64,000 bases of DNA from assembly GCA_963751345.1 (NCBI GenBank), contig CAVVUS010000033.1, forward strand, positions 1-64,000. Reading direction: 5' to 3'. Shown one piece after another: positions 10,484-21,375 of this stretch. The position numbers and the translations under genes are program-made. Within the stretch, counting starts at the first letter, position 1. Each line of letters begins with the position of its first letter. Under the pieces are notes generated by a model, which searched no databases, was not told the DNA's origin, and saw nothing but the letters and a program-made list of their open reading frames with translations. Origin of the DNA: an uncultured Chloroflexia bacterium. Its GTDB lineage: Bacteria; Chloroflexota; Anaerolineae; B4-G1; SLSP01.

Positions 10484-11686
10484 CGGGCCCAGGTCGCCTC
10501 GAGTACCCGAAGGGTATTGCGTCCGACGACATTGCGAATGTCGTCGCGGTCATAGCCGTGGCCAACCAGCCAGCGGATGATGTTCGGGAAGTTCTCGCCG
10601 GGGTTCTCCATTCCCTTGACGTAGGGAACCTCCTCGAAGGCCGGGCCGTGGCTGGCCGCCGAGATGGAGAGCTGCGCGGCGAAGGCATGGTGCAGGCCGA
10701 CGTGGTCGCCGAAGAGCGAGTCGGGACCGAAGGTGACGTGATCGGTGCCAACCAAATTGGCGGTGTACTCGAAGTGTTGCATGACCGAATCGATGCAGTG
10801 CAGCGGGTGTTCGGCCGTCAGCGTGGTGTGCGGCGCGGCCTCGATGCCGATCACGCCGCCCTTGGCTGCACACGCCTGAAGCACGTCGTCCGGGAAGAGG
10901 CGGTTGATGTCCCACAGGGCCCGCGGGCCCGCGTGGGTGATCATCACCGGCTTCTCGCTGGCCTCGATGACGTCCATCGCGGTCTTGTCACCGCAGTGCG
11001 AGACGTCGATCGTCATCCCGATCTTGTTCATCCGGCGGACGACCTGGCGTCCGAAGGCGGTGAGCCCGCCATCGTTCGGCTCCTTGAGGCCTGAGCCGCA
11101 GCCGTTGCTCTCGGAATAGGTGATGCCCATCACGCGCACGCCGAAACCGTAGAGCACGTCGACGCGATCGACCTCGTTCTCGCAGGCGGTCGCGGCCTCG
11201 ATGGCGGCGACCATGGCGATCTTGCCCTCCGGCTTGGCGCGATAGAGGTCGTCGATGGTGCGAGCCAGATAGATCATGTCCTGGTGATCGATGTCTGCCA
11301 GGTGGGTTCCGAGGTCGTGAATGACGTCGTTCCACTTCCATCCATTCGGCGACGTGATCAGCGCCGTGCCGTCCATGAAGTTCTCGAAGAAGATGTCCAG
11401 GCCCGACTGGGCCAAGCCCGCGTAGCCGGTGAACTCCCGACCGCCGCGGCGGTACTCGAAGATCTCGCCGACATCCTCCGGGATCTTGCTGGCGTGCTCG
11501 TGGGCCGAGATGATGATCTCCTCATCCAGGATGCGCTGGACCTCTGCTTCCTGCTCAGCCGGTGACGGGCACGATATAGGGCTCGACGCGCCCCACGTCC
11601 GTGGCCAGCTTGATGTCACGATAGTCCACGCCGGGTTCGAGATACTGAAACGCCTGATAGCCGTCGTATGCCTTGCGCTGTTTCAT
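10480..11686 (-). CDS. M19-like amidohydrolase, paralog 1 (frameshifts near 11560-11620)
   Basis: MKQRKAYDGYQAFQYLEPGVDY start; SAHEHA, AIEAA, IDVSH, ITH, FGPD; stop overlaps the next start (GTGA). Confidence 0.87.
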
Positions 11687-11804
11687 TCCTTGCGTTCCTC
11701 CTGTGTCTTCTGACCTATCAAAATCCTTCCAAAGCCCAGGCCCACGATATCTGCGCGCGCAGATAGGGCCGGTTGGCTTTGGGGAAACTATGGGTGAGGC
11801 GGGT

Positions 11805-12569
11805 TCAGGACTGGCGGTAGCCCAGGGCTTGCGAGACCTGAGCGGTGCCCTGCAGGATCAGCTCAGTGTAAGTCTGGGCCTTCTCGTCGGTAAAGCGCGA
11901 GAGCGGGCCGGCGATCGACATCCCGGCGACCACGGTACCGGTGAAATCGCGGACCGGCGCGGCGATCGAAACGGCGCCGACATCGAGGTCGTCGGCCGTC
12001 ACAACGTATCCCTGTGCGCGAATCTGGTCCAGGAAAGCGACCAGTGCCTCGCGGTCGGTGAAGGTATAGGGCGTGATGGGATCCAGGCTGATGCGATCCA
12101 GGATGTCCTCGCGTGCATCCGTGTCCAGGAATGCCAGGAGCACCTTTGGGATACCCCCGGTGTGGATGGGCACCCGGCGCCCAACGGTGCCGAAGAGCCG
12201 CACGGACTGCGGCGACTCGCGCGCCGCGAGAACGATGGTCTCCAGCCCGTCGATGGCGCCGAGAAAGATGGTCTCGCGGGTTTTCTCTACCAGCCAGTCC
12301 ATCGCCGGCGCCGCGGCCTGAATCAGGAGATCCTGGTTCTGCACCTGCTGACCGAACTCGACCATACGCAGCCCCAGGGTATAGTCGCCCTGGGTGTTCC
12401 GCGCGACGAAGCGATTGGCGTGCAGCGTCGCCAGGATGCGGAAGACCTTATTCTTTAGCAGCCCCGTCTTCTCGGTGATTTCTGCCAGCGAGAGCGGACG
12501 GTCGGCGTAGAGAAAGGTCTCCAGCACGCGTATAGCGTCTTCGACAACAGCGATTCGGTAGTTTGTCAT
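11805..12569 (-). CDS. IclR family transcriptional regulator
   Basis: N-terminal wHTH (LSLAEITEKTGLLKNKVFRILATL), YTLG, GRRVPIHTGGIPKVLLA, IRAQGY, SIAAPV, SIAGP. Confidence 0.93.
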   Translation of the reverse strand: MTNYRIAVVEDAIRVLETFLYADRPLSLAEITEKTGLLKNKVFRILATLHANRFVARNTQGDYTLGLRMVEFGQQVQNQDLLIQAAAPAMDWLVEKTRETIFLGAIDGLETIVLAARESPQSVRLFGTVGRRVPIHTGGIPKVLLAFLDTDAREDILDRISLDPITPYTFTDREALVAFLDQIRAQGYVVTADDLDVGAVSIAAPVRDFTGTVVAGMSIAGPLSRFTDEKAQTYTELILQGTAQVSQALGYRQS

Positions 12570-12590
12570 TGGGAATCTCTGGGGTGCCGT

Positions 12591-12654
12591 CGTTATATAT
12601 GAGTATAACGACGTTATATTCTATATAGTCTACCGGATTTCGGGTGGCTGTCAA
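12591..12654 (-). promoter_or_regulatory. Sigma70-type promoter of iclR with adjacent palindromic operator
   Basis: TTGACA (12654-12649)-16 bp-TAGACT (12632-12627); CGTTATA half-sites at 12591, 12604 (inverted) and 12612. Confidence 0.6.
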
Positions 12655-12912
12655 GACTTTTTCGACGCTTCAGGCAGAAGATGGCCCATTCGGGTAGGTG
12701 CGCCAGGTGACGAGGTGCGGCGACCGCAGCACATCCCGCCGGAGACGTGGCGACCCGCCCGTCTCTACGAGGGCCGTACTGGGCTGCGAGCTGCTGGCCT
12801 GAAGGCGTGGACGTGGTGCAAGCGTAGCACGGGCTGCGGCCGCTCCGGAGCGTCGGACGTGGCTCGATCACCGCCGGCGGCGATTGGCGGGGGATCCGTG
12901 TGGAGGTGGGCC

Positions 12913-13893
12913 GTGAAGATACGGGTGCTCGGGCCGGGCGATCAGCCGGCGGTGGAGGCGTTCCTGCGTCCGCACGTCGCGTCGTCGATGTTCCTGCTGG
13001 GGAACATGCGGGCCGCGGGTCTGATCGATCGCGGGGAGCGGCTGTGCGGGACGTACGTGGGCGCCTTTGACGACGATGTGCTGGTCGGCGTGGTGGCGCA
13101 CTATTGGAACGGGATCCTGATGCCGCAGGCCCCGGTGCACGTGGAGACGCTGTGGCGCGAGGCGTTGGCCGCCTCGCGCCGCGCTGTTACCGGCATTATC
13201 GGGCCGGGCGATCAGGTCTCCGCCATCCGGTCGAGCCTGTTGGCCGACGCCGACGCAGCCGGGCGGCCGCTGGACGTGCAGACCGACAAGCGCTGAGAGG
13301 CTCTACCGGCTCGATCTGGCCGATCTGGCCGTGCCCGAGCCGCTGCGGTCGGGGACGGTGGTCGGGCGGCTTGGCAGGGCAGGCGGACTCGGAGGTGCTG
13401 GCGGCGTGGTTCTTCGCGTACGAGGTCGAGTCGCTGGGGCGCGAGCGAGTCGGCGCAGACTCGCGCAAAGACGGGTCCACGGCCGCAGCGGCACGTCGAT
13501 GCGCGGGACACGTGGATTCTGGAGGCCGGTGGCAGCCCGGTCGCGATGAGCGGGTTCAACACGCGCATTCCCGAGGCCGTCCAGGTTGGCGGGGTCTACA
13601 CCCCTCCTGCGCTGCGCAGCCGGGGATACGCCCGCTGTGTCGTGGCCGCCTCGCTCCTGGCGGCGCGCGATGAAGGGGCGGCCCTCGGGGTGCTCTTCAC
13701 CGGGGAGGACAACATTCCTGCCCAGCGGGCTTACATAGCGTTGGGCTTCCGGCACGTGGGGGCCTTTGGCCTGACGCTGCTGCGGGAGCCGTGGGCGCCG
13801 GAGCCGGCAGAAAGTGCCAGGCACCCCGGGCAGGTGCCGGGCACTGGGGAGGCACTGGCAGATGACGGTCGAGACGGTGACACTGAGGCTTGA
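12913..13893 (+). CDS. GNAT acetyltransferase, two-domain (frameshifted)
   Basis: C-terminal VQVGGVYTPPALRSRGYA...LFTGEDNIPAQRAYIALGFR; GTG start after GGAGG; 3' end uncertain. Confidence 0.8.
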
Positions 13894-14530
13894 GGGGAGG
13901 GCGCGGGCGGCAGATGCGCTGGCGCGGGCCTTTGCCGCGGACGCTGCCTACGTGGACCTGGTCCCCGACGCCGCTCGCAGGCTCGACGTGCTGCGACCGA
14001 TGTTCGGCGCGGTGGTCTGCTACGCGCACGTCTTTGGCGTGGTGACCACGACGGCGGAGATCGAGGGCGCCGCATGCCGGGTCGCACCGGGCAAGCTTGC
14101 CTTGACGCCGTGGCGTGTGATCCGTACCGGGCTCCGGATGGGTCGCGCGGCGGGCGACCTTGTGCGCGCGATGGCCGGTCTGGGACGGGATGCACGGCGG
14201 CGCTTCAGGAGAGGCGAGGCCCACGTCGACCGGGTGCACGCACGGCTGATGACGCGACCGCACTGGTATTTGTGGGCACTGGGCGTGGTGCCTGAGGCCC
14301 AGGGCAAGGGGATCGGCGGGGCGCTGCTGCAGCCCGTGCTGGCGCAGGCCGATGCCGAGGGCGTGCCGTGTTACCTCGAGACACAGACGGAGGATAATGT
14401 GAGGTTCTACGAGCGGCGTGGGTTCGACGTGGTGGCGGCAGACGAACTGCCGGGCCAGCGTGTGAGCCTGCCGATGTGGTATATGGTTCGCGAGGCGCGA
14501 ACTCCGGTTCGCGAGGCGCGTACAGCATGA
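13862..14530 (+). CDS. GNAT acetyltransferase (puromycin N-acetyltransferase-like)
   Basis: HWYLWALGVVPEAQGKGIGGALL...CYLET...NVRFYERRGF. Confidence 0.88.
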   Translation: MTVETVTLRLEGRARAADALARAFAADAAYVDLVPDAARRLDVLRPMFGAVVCYAHVFGVVTTTAEIEGAACRVAPGKLALTPWRVIRTGLRMGRAAGDLVRAMAGLGRDARRRFRRGEAHVDRVHARLMTRPHWYLWALGVVPEAQGKGIGGALLQPVLAQADAEGVPCYLETQTEDNVRFYERRGFDVVAADELPGQRVSLPMWYMVREARTPVREARTA

Positions 14531-14546
14531 CGGGGGCCACGACGTA

Positions 14547-15182
14547 ATGCGCTACCAGCTTGCTGCCTTTGATTTCGACGGCACCCTGGCGGACACGCTG
14601 CCGTGGGTCGCCAGCATCCTGAATGAGGTCGCCGATCGATATGGGATCAGGCATATCGCCGAGAGCGAATACGATCTGCTCCGGAGCTACAACGTCCTCC
14701 AGATCGCGAAATACTTCTCCATCCCACCGCTGAAGATCCCTGCCATCGCGGCTTATGTCCAGCGGCGGATGTCGCGCGAGATCGACGCGATCAACCTGGT
14801 GCCGGGAATACCCGATGCCCTGCACGCGCTGAACGATGCCGGTGTCGCCTTGGCCGTGGTCAGCTCCAACGCAGAGAACAACGTGCGCCAGGTCCTGGGC
14901 CCCGAACTCTCCTCCCTGATGATGTCCTGGGAGTGCGGTGTCGCGCTTCTGGGAAAGCCATCCAAGCTCCGGCACGTCCTGCGCATCGGCAACGTCGCGC
15001 CGGATCGGGCGATCTATCTCGGCGATGAGATCCGCGACATCGAGGCTGCCCAGAGCGCCGGCATGGCCTCCGGCGCCGTCACCTGGGGCTATAACAGCGT
15101 TGGGGCGCTCGCGGTGCACCATCCCACGGTGATTTTCGAGACGGTGGACGCGATCGTGCCCACGATTCTTGGCGATATTTAG
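14547..15182 (+). CDS. HAD hydrolase (phosphoglycolate phosphatase-like)
   Basis: FDFDGTLADT, VVSSN, K, YLGDEIRDIEAA, VTWGY. Confidence 0.9.
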   Translation: MRYQLAAFDFDGTLADTLPWVASILNEVADRYGIRHIAESEYDLLRSYNVLQIAKYFSIPPLKIPAIAAYVQRRMSREIDAINLVPGIPDALHALNDAGVALAVVSSNAENNVRQVLGPELSSLMMSWECGVALLGKPSKLRHVLRIGNVAPDRAIYLGDEIRDIEAAQSAGMASGAVTWGYNSVGALAVHHPTVIFETVDAIVPTILGDI

Positions 15183-15265
15183 GCTATTTTTATTGACTTT
15201 ATCTGCTTTATAGATATACTAAGGAATAGGAGAGGCGATACCGGCTGCGCACCAAGGGAGCACCG

Positions 15266-15691
15266 ATGCAAGGCGAGGAGACCGAAGATCAGGAGATGAG
15301 CGGCGACGATCTGGCGATGGCGCAGAAGTGTCGCCTGCAGTATCTGCGAATTCCCTTCGTTACAGCGGACGAGTTTGAGGCGCGGCTGAAGTCGGAGCGC
15401 TGGGCGATCGTAGACGTGCGCCCCGAGTGGGAGCGGCGGGTATCCTCTATCCCCGGTGCGTTCAGCCAAGAGACCTTTGAGTCGTGCATCGACATGTATC
15501 GCACGCGCAAGATCTTGACGGTCTGTACCGTGGGCTGCCGGAGTGCCGCTTACGCCAGGCAACTGCGGGCCGAAGGCCTAAGCGCCTACAGCCTCTACGG
15601 CGGCATGCTGGCGTGGACGGCAGAGGGCCGCACGGCCACGGACGCGAACGGGCAGCCCACGCGGTCGGTCGCGATGCCGGACGGGGTGTAG
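15266..15691 (+). CDS. Rhodanese-like domain protein
   Basis: IVDVRPEWE..SSIPGA, VCTVGCRS active loop, SLYGGMLAW. Confidence 0.82.
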   Translation: MQGEETEDQEMSGDDLAMAQKCRLQYLRIPFVTADEFEARLKSERWAIVDVRPEWERRVSSIPGAFSQETFESCIDMYRTRKILTVCTVGCRSAAYARQLRAEGLSAYSLYGGMLAWTAEGRTATDANGQPTRSVAMPDGV

Positions 15692-15710
15692 GCGGGTCGC
15701 GCGTCCCCGA

Positions 15711-18700
15711 TTACGGGCCGGCCCGCACGACCAGCGGCAGGTAGATGCGTTGCTCAGTTGTGAGCGTCGCCGTCGCTACCTCACTGATTCGCCCCGCGTA
15801 CTTCGCGTAGCTGATGACCCTGTAGTCTCCTCTCGCGATTCCTGTGGTCTGCCACGTGTCCTCCAACACTACCTGCTGTCCCGGCGCGAGGCTCGTGACG
15901 GCGTGGGTGTAGGCCGCCGTGACGGTGAGACCGCCGATGGTCTGGACCTGGACGATGAGGTCGCCCGCCACCGTGGTGGGGCCTGTGTTGCTCAGCGTCA
16001 CCGCGACGTCGACGGCGTCGCCGGGGGTGAAGACCTCCGGTGAGGCGGTCAGTGTCGTGATCTCGGCGGCAGCGGCTCCGACTTCCACCATCTCGCTGGC
16101 GCTGTCGAGCCAGTTGCCGGCGCCGTCGTAGAGGTCGATCCAGAGCAGATAGAGCCCCGGAGCGATGGCACCCGTATCCCATTCAACCTCTACCTGGGCG
16201 GGGCCTGCGAGGTCGTGGAGTGCCTGAAGCGGGAGGCCTTCGATGACGCCGCCCGTGTTCAAGCTGCGGACCGTAGGCGCAAGGATCACGTCCTGCGCGG
16301 GGCCGGACTTCGAGAGCCATACATCCGCCTGCACCACGTCGCCCGGGTCGTACGGGGCATTGCCAAGCTGCAGGGCGTCGATGGCGACCTCGGACGTGAG
16401 GACATCGATGGCAAAGGTGAAGTCGTCGTACCACTCTGCGTTGGTGGTGGCGAGTTGGGTGTGGAACGGGAGCACTTGGACGTGCAGCACCGAGCTGCCA
16501 TCGGGGTTCTGCACCACCTCCCAGTCGTAGATCTCGTCCAGGGCCGGGAACCACTCGTCATCCTCGACGAGGTCGAGAGGTCTTATGATGCCGCTATCCG
16601 GCAGTGGATCGGCATCGTAGGTCATCACTGTCGTGGGCAGGACCAGTCCGGTGGGTGTGGAGCGCCCGCTGCGAGCGGTTAGCGTGACGTCCTGAACCCG
16701 GACGCCCGGCGCGTAGTCGACGGTCACGGCCCAGTAGGGCACGCTGGGTTGGCCCTGATCCTGGAGCGTGCGACCACCGGGGATCGTGACCTGGTCGAAG
16801 CCGTCGACCGTGGTCGAGACAACGTAGGCCGGGACCTGGACGTGGAGCGACGTGACGGGCGCAAGCGGGGCGGCCTGCAGGGCGAGCCCTCCCACAGGTG
16901 GGGCGGACGCTCCGAGCTTGGGATCGCCGTAGAAGTTGTACTCCTTCACCCAGAAGCGATACCAATCATAGTAGGCCCACTCGTCGTAGAAGTCGCGCTC
17001 GAGTTGGGAGAAGGCTTTGCCGAGGCTCTCGCCGGTCTCCCAGTCCCAGTTGTGCGAGTAGAACCAGGCCGACATCTCGTCGTTGACCGAGATCGGCGAG
17101 ACCTGGACGGCGCCGATGTAGGCGGAGGCGCCGTGGTCGAAGAGAGATTCGGCGAGGCTGGTATCGTTTGAGCTCTCGTATTTGCCCGTGAGGCACGACG
17201 CTGCAAAGACGAAGGGCGAGAAACCGTAGAAGTCGGGCGGATCAGCCGTCGACAGCGCGCCCTCGAATGATGTAGGCCCGCCGTGCCCCATCAGGTGGAG
17301 CAGGCTGACCCCGGACGAGAGGCCCGACTGGACCGCCAGCCCCGGGTAACTGGACGGTAGGATCAGCTCCTCGACGAGCCAGTCGTCATCGCCACCGTTG
17401 TTGAGGATCATCTCGATGGTGCTGATGTTGTCCGCGAAGGTGCTGGCGTTGTCGTTGGAGCCGGCGACCAGGAGCGCGCGACCCGGTGCCTGGTACTCAT
17501 AGCCGGCCAGACCTTCGTAAATGTTGTTGCTGACGATCATGGGGCGGTCCAGCTGCCAGGCCGCGTTGCCGACAATTCGGCCTACGATGAGCTCCGGCGC
17601 GCCGTCGCCCGATGTGTTGGCGTACCACTGGTCGTGGGCAATGATGTCGTTGTCGCCCCCATAGCAGTGCAGATCGTCGCCGTCGATCGACCAGCAGACG
17701 TCCATATCCCAGGAGTTGAAGGCGGGGACGATCTCGGTCTCGCCGACGATCAGCATATAGCCGCCAAGCGTCGTCGAGAAGGCCGGGTTCAGCGCCTCGG
17801 CCCAGTAGCCGCCCGGCTGAGTCAGGTCGCGCAGGTTCTCGTCCGACCCCGTGTAGGTTTTCAGCAATCCCAGGGCACCGTTCCGTATGGTGGCGAGGCG
17901 GGCCATACTGCTGAGCAGGTTGGCTGTGCTGCTGTCACCGTACAGGTCCATGAGGTTCGGCGGGTTGGTCACCAGGATGTAGTCGGCGGCGTTGAGGGCG
18001 CTCTGTACCGAGGACAGCGACTGCCAGTAGCGGTCGTAGGATGTCGTGTACGTCTCACCCTCGTAGAGGTAGGTGACGTCGATGTCGGAGACCCCGATGC
18101 GGGGATTGGCCTCCCCGTCCTCGTAGAGAGCGGGCACTGCTTTGTAGGAGACGGTGTGGCTGTTGCCGGGAGCGAGGTAGATCCAATCCTGGCTAGTGGT
18201 CCCGAAGTCGACGGTGATCCGGCTGCGGCGTTCGGCGGTGCCCAACCAGAGGGAGTATTCCATTTCCAGCGTGTAGGTGGGCGTCTCGGTCTCGACGGGG
18301 ATCAGCTCGTCCACATAGTCCACAAGCTCTTTCAGTCGCGCAGGGCCGGCGGCGTCGGGATCCAGCGAGAGGGTGAGGTCCACCTGGTAGTAGTTCCCGT
18401 GGCGGGTGACCGTGCGGTCGACATCGAGGGCGGGGGTGCCTTCGACGACGTGAATGGTACGAATGGCTGACGCATGGCTCACACCATCGGTATCCACCGC
18501 GATAGCGAGGACCGTGTGATCGCCGAGTGCCAACCCACCGGCATCCCACTGCAGCACATAGAGGTAGTCTGCCGCCGGTGCGGTCGTGGTGCCCACCAGT
18601 GTGCCGTCCACGTAGTAATCGACTCTCGAGACCTGGTGTGCGACGTCGCCGCAGTCGGGCGGCATGGCGTAGGGGTCACTGCCCCGGAAGCTGACGTACT

Positions 18701-20908
18701 CGCACTCCCACTCGTACTGGATTGCCTCTGCGGCGATCTGGATCGTCTTGCCGGCAGGCAGGACTCCAGTTTCGTCGGTCTCGTAGGTGGTGTCGTCGAA
18801 GGGCGTCCACAGCGCTATGTCCACGGGTATGTTCTCGCGCACCGGACCGAACTGCCGGATCATCTGGGTGATCGCGCCCGCCGGGTCCGCGATGGTGACC
18901 TTGAGCTGGTGAGCGGTCTCGCCGGGATCGACGAAATAGGTATCGCGGCTCCAGCCCAGGGCGACCGGCGAGATCGTGACTTCGTACTGCGCGTGGCTGC
19001 CGGAGACGAGACTGGCCGTGTAGTCCCGCCCGACGAGCACGTCGTCCACATAGACCGCCACCTGGTCGACGCCGGGGGCGGAAGCGTCGGCGCCGGCGGC
19101 GCTGAGCGCGCCGGACCCCGGGAATGTGACCAAGACGTCGTAGGCGGGGTAGTCACCCGTGCGGCGAACCACGTCGATGGTGGGTGCCGGCGGCGAGGTG
19201 GAGGGCGCCGGCGTCTCGAAGAAGCCCTCGTCGCTGACGACGGTGTTGCCGTTGCGATCGGTCGGACTCAACTACGTAGTGGTAGACGGTCGCAGGCGTG
19301 AGCCCGGTGAGGGTCAGGCTGTGGCCGGTGAGGTCGAGGGCGTTGTAGGCCGTTTCCGGATAGCCGCCGGCATCGGTCCCGTAGCGCACACGGCTATCCG
19401 CGGCTTCGTCGGTCGTCCAGGCGACGGTCACCGAGGTGGTCGAGACGGGCGTCACCGTAGGACCCGAGGTGACCGTGGGGGGTTCAGTATCGCAGAGCCA
19501 GGTCTCCTGGCGGGCGTTGTTCTTGTCGTTGGACTCGATGAGCGCCGCCGTGCCGTCGGCGGTCACGCGGACGGTATCACTGGCGCCGCTGCAGCTCCAA
19601 GTCGTGATCGTGCCGTTGTAACGCTCGCCCGGAGCGAGCGTGAGGGGCACCGTGCCGCCACCGGCGGGCACACCGTCGAGCGTCAGTGTGGCCTGGTGAC
19701 CTGAAGGAGCGGCGCCCAGACCGACGTTCTGCACCTGGTAGGCGATCTGGTTACCGGCGTCGAGCCAGACGTCGTTCACCACGAGGTCGGGGGTTGCGGC
19801 CATCCACGCGTGGCGCAGCCCGGCGTCTGTCTGATAGGCGATGTGGGGAAAGCCCGCCGAGTCAATGTCGATCGAGGGGTGAGCGGGGTGCCCACCTGTC
19901 TCGATGGTGTTGGTGAGCCATGTGGTGCCGTCGACGTAGACGAGGTGCCCGGTGCCGAGATCGTCCGCGTAGGCCAGGTGAACCCCATCGGCCTCGTCGA
20001 CGGCGATGGCGGTGTAGACGGTGGATTCGCTGCCGATCGTGGCGACGGTCTGATCATACCAGCGCCCGCGGGCGGGGTCCCAGTAGGTGTAGATCACGCT
20101 GGTCCCGTCGAAGAAGCTGATGTGGGGACTACCACCGGAGTCGAGTGCTAGGGAGACATAGCGCCCCCCCTCTCCAATTGCGTTGACCGGTGACTTGGCC
20201 GTGCTCCAGCCGGATAGGGTGCCCTCAAAGTACTTGAGCTGATTGGTGCCGGGGGCGTAGTAGACAATGTGGGGGTAGCGGGTCAGGTCGAGAGACGTGA
20301 ACTGCCACGAGCCGGTGTTGGCGTCCAGTGTCTGACTGACCCAGGTGCCGCCGCTGAGGCGTGCGTACTTCAGCGCGCTGTTATCCGCGTCATAGTAGCT
20401 GATGTGAACGTTGCCGTAGACATCAACGCCCAGGGAGCTGTACTCGCCCACGTCGCTGCTGTAGTCCACCGGTTCATTTGACCAGGACGACCCGCCTGTA
20501 GACGGCGTGGCGCAGACCGGACTCGCTCTCGTAGTAACTGATGTGAGGATTCCCGGAGCCGTCGAGGTCAAGAGACGAGTATTGTCCGACGCTGCCGCTG
20601 TTGTCGACGGTGATCGGGGCCCAGGTGGTCCCATCGAAGCTTGCGTAGCGCAGGGCGGTGTTGGGCGCATCGTAGTAGCTCACGTGAAGGTGGTCGGAGG
20701 CGTCGATGGCCAGTGAGGCGAACTGCCCCAGACCGCCTCCGGGGTCCACGGTCTCGGTGTACCACGTGGTCGCGGCGAGGGGAGCCGGGACGGGCGCGGC
20801 CAACGCCGCGGGGGGCCGGGGAACCAACGGGCCCAGGACCATCGTCAACAACGCGAAAACGGCCAAACTTGAACGTGCGGCGATCCACTGCTGGGCTCTT
20901 CGGTGCAT
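15711..20908 (-). CDS. Large secreted multidomain protein with C25 (gingipain-like) cysteine peptidase domain (frameshifts near 20500 and 19265)
   Basis: Signal peptide; repeated SLxxD..G.PHISYYD propeller-like blades; CARDB (PDLVV..ESNDKNN); FN3; Ig; YMLIVGE, PELIVGRI, LMGHGG, FAASCLTG, YNFYGDP; propeptide-like GQPSVP segment; tail IYLPLVVRAGP. Confidence 0.8.
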
Positions 20909-21375
20909 CGTTGATCTCCTCTCGGGTCCTTACCTGTGCTGACCAAGGGCCTACACCAAGAGAGACCGCACGCGTGTGCGCGCGGTCTCTCGTCTGGAGA
21001 TGCGCTAAGCGTGATCTATGAGCGTCAGATCAATGTGGAAGGTGCAATCGTGAGAGAGAGTCTACACCTATTTCTGCCGGGGCGAAAGTGGACGCCTCGG
21101 CATCTTCGGTCCGCTGAGAGCGGTGGGCAGGCCGCATCTGCCTCGTTGGCCACCTCGATGCGAGAGCTCGACCTCCCTGGTGTCTGTGCCGATATGACGA
21201 TTGCCCCAACGCAATTCCAACCTGGGTGCACCCAGCTCCGACACTCGACCCACCAAACTCGCCCATAGCCGTGCACTGTTCGTTCTACAATGGGACTATC
21301 AAGGTGGTGGGGATTTCGGGCTGTACATCAGCGCGCTGCCCACGGAATAGGACATACAATGTATAAGGAGGAATC

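Noticed and set aside
20909-21375. ncRNA or small ORFs between the C25 gene and ftsH
   Set aside because: Short hairpins only, ORFs lack convincing RBS or motifs, and no TCACACG repeat pair was seen
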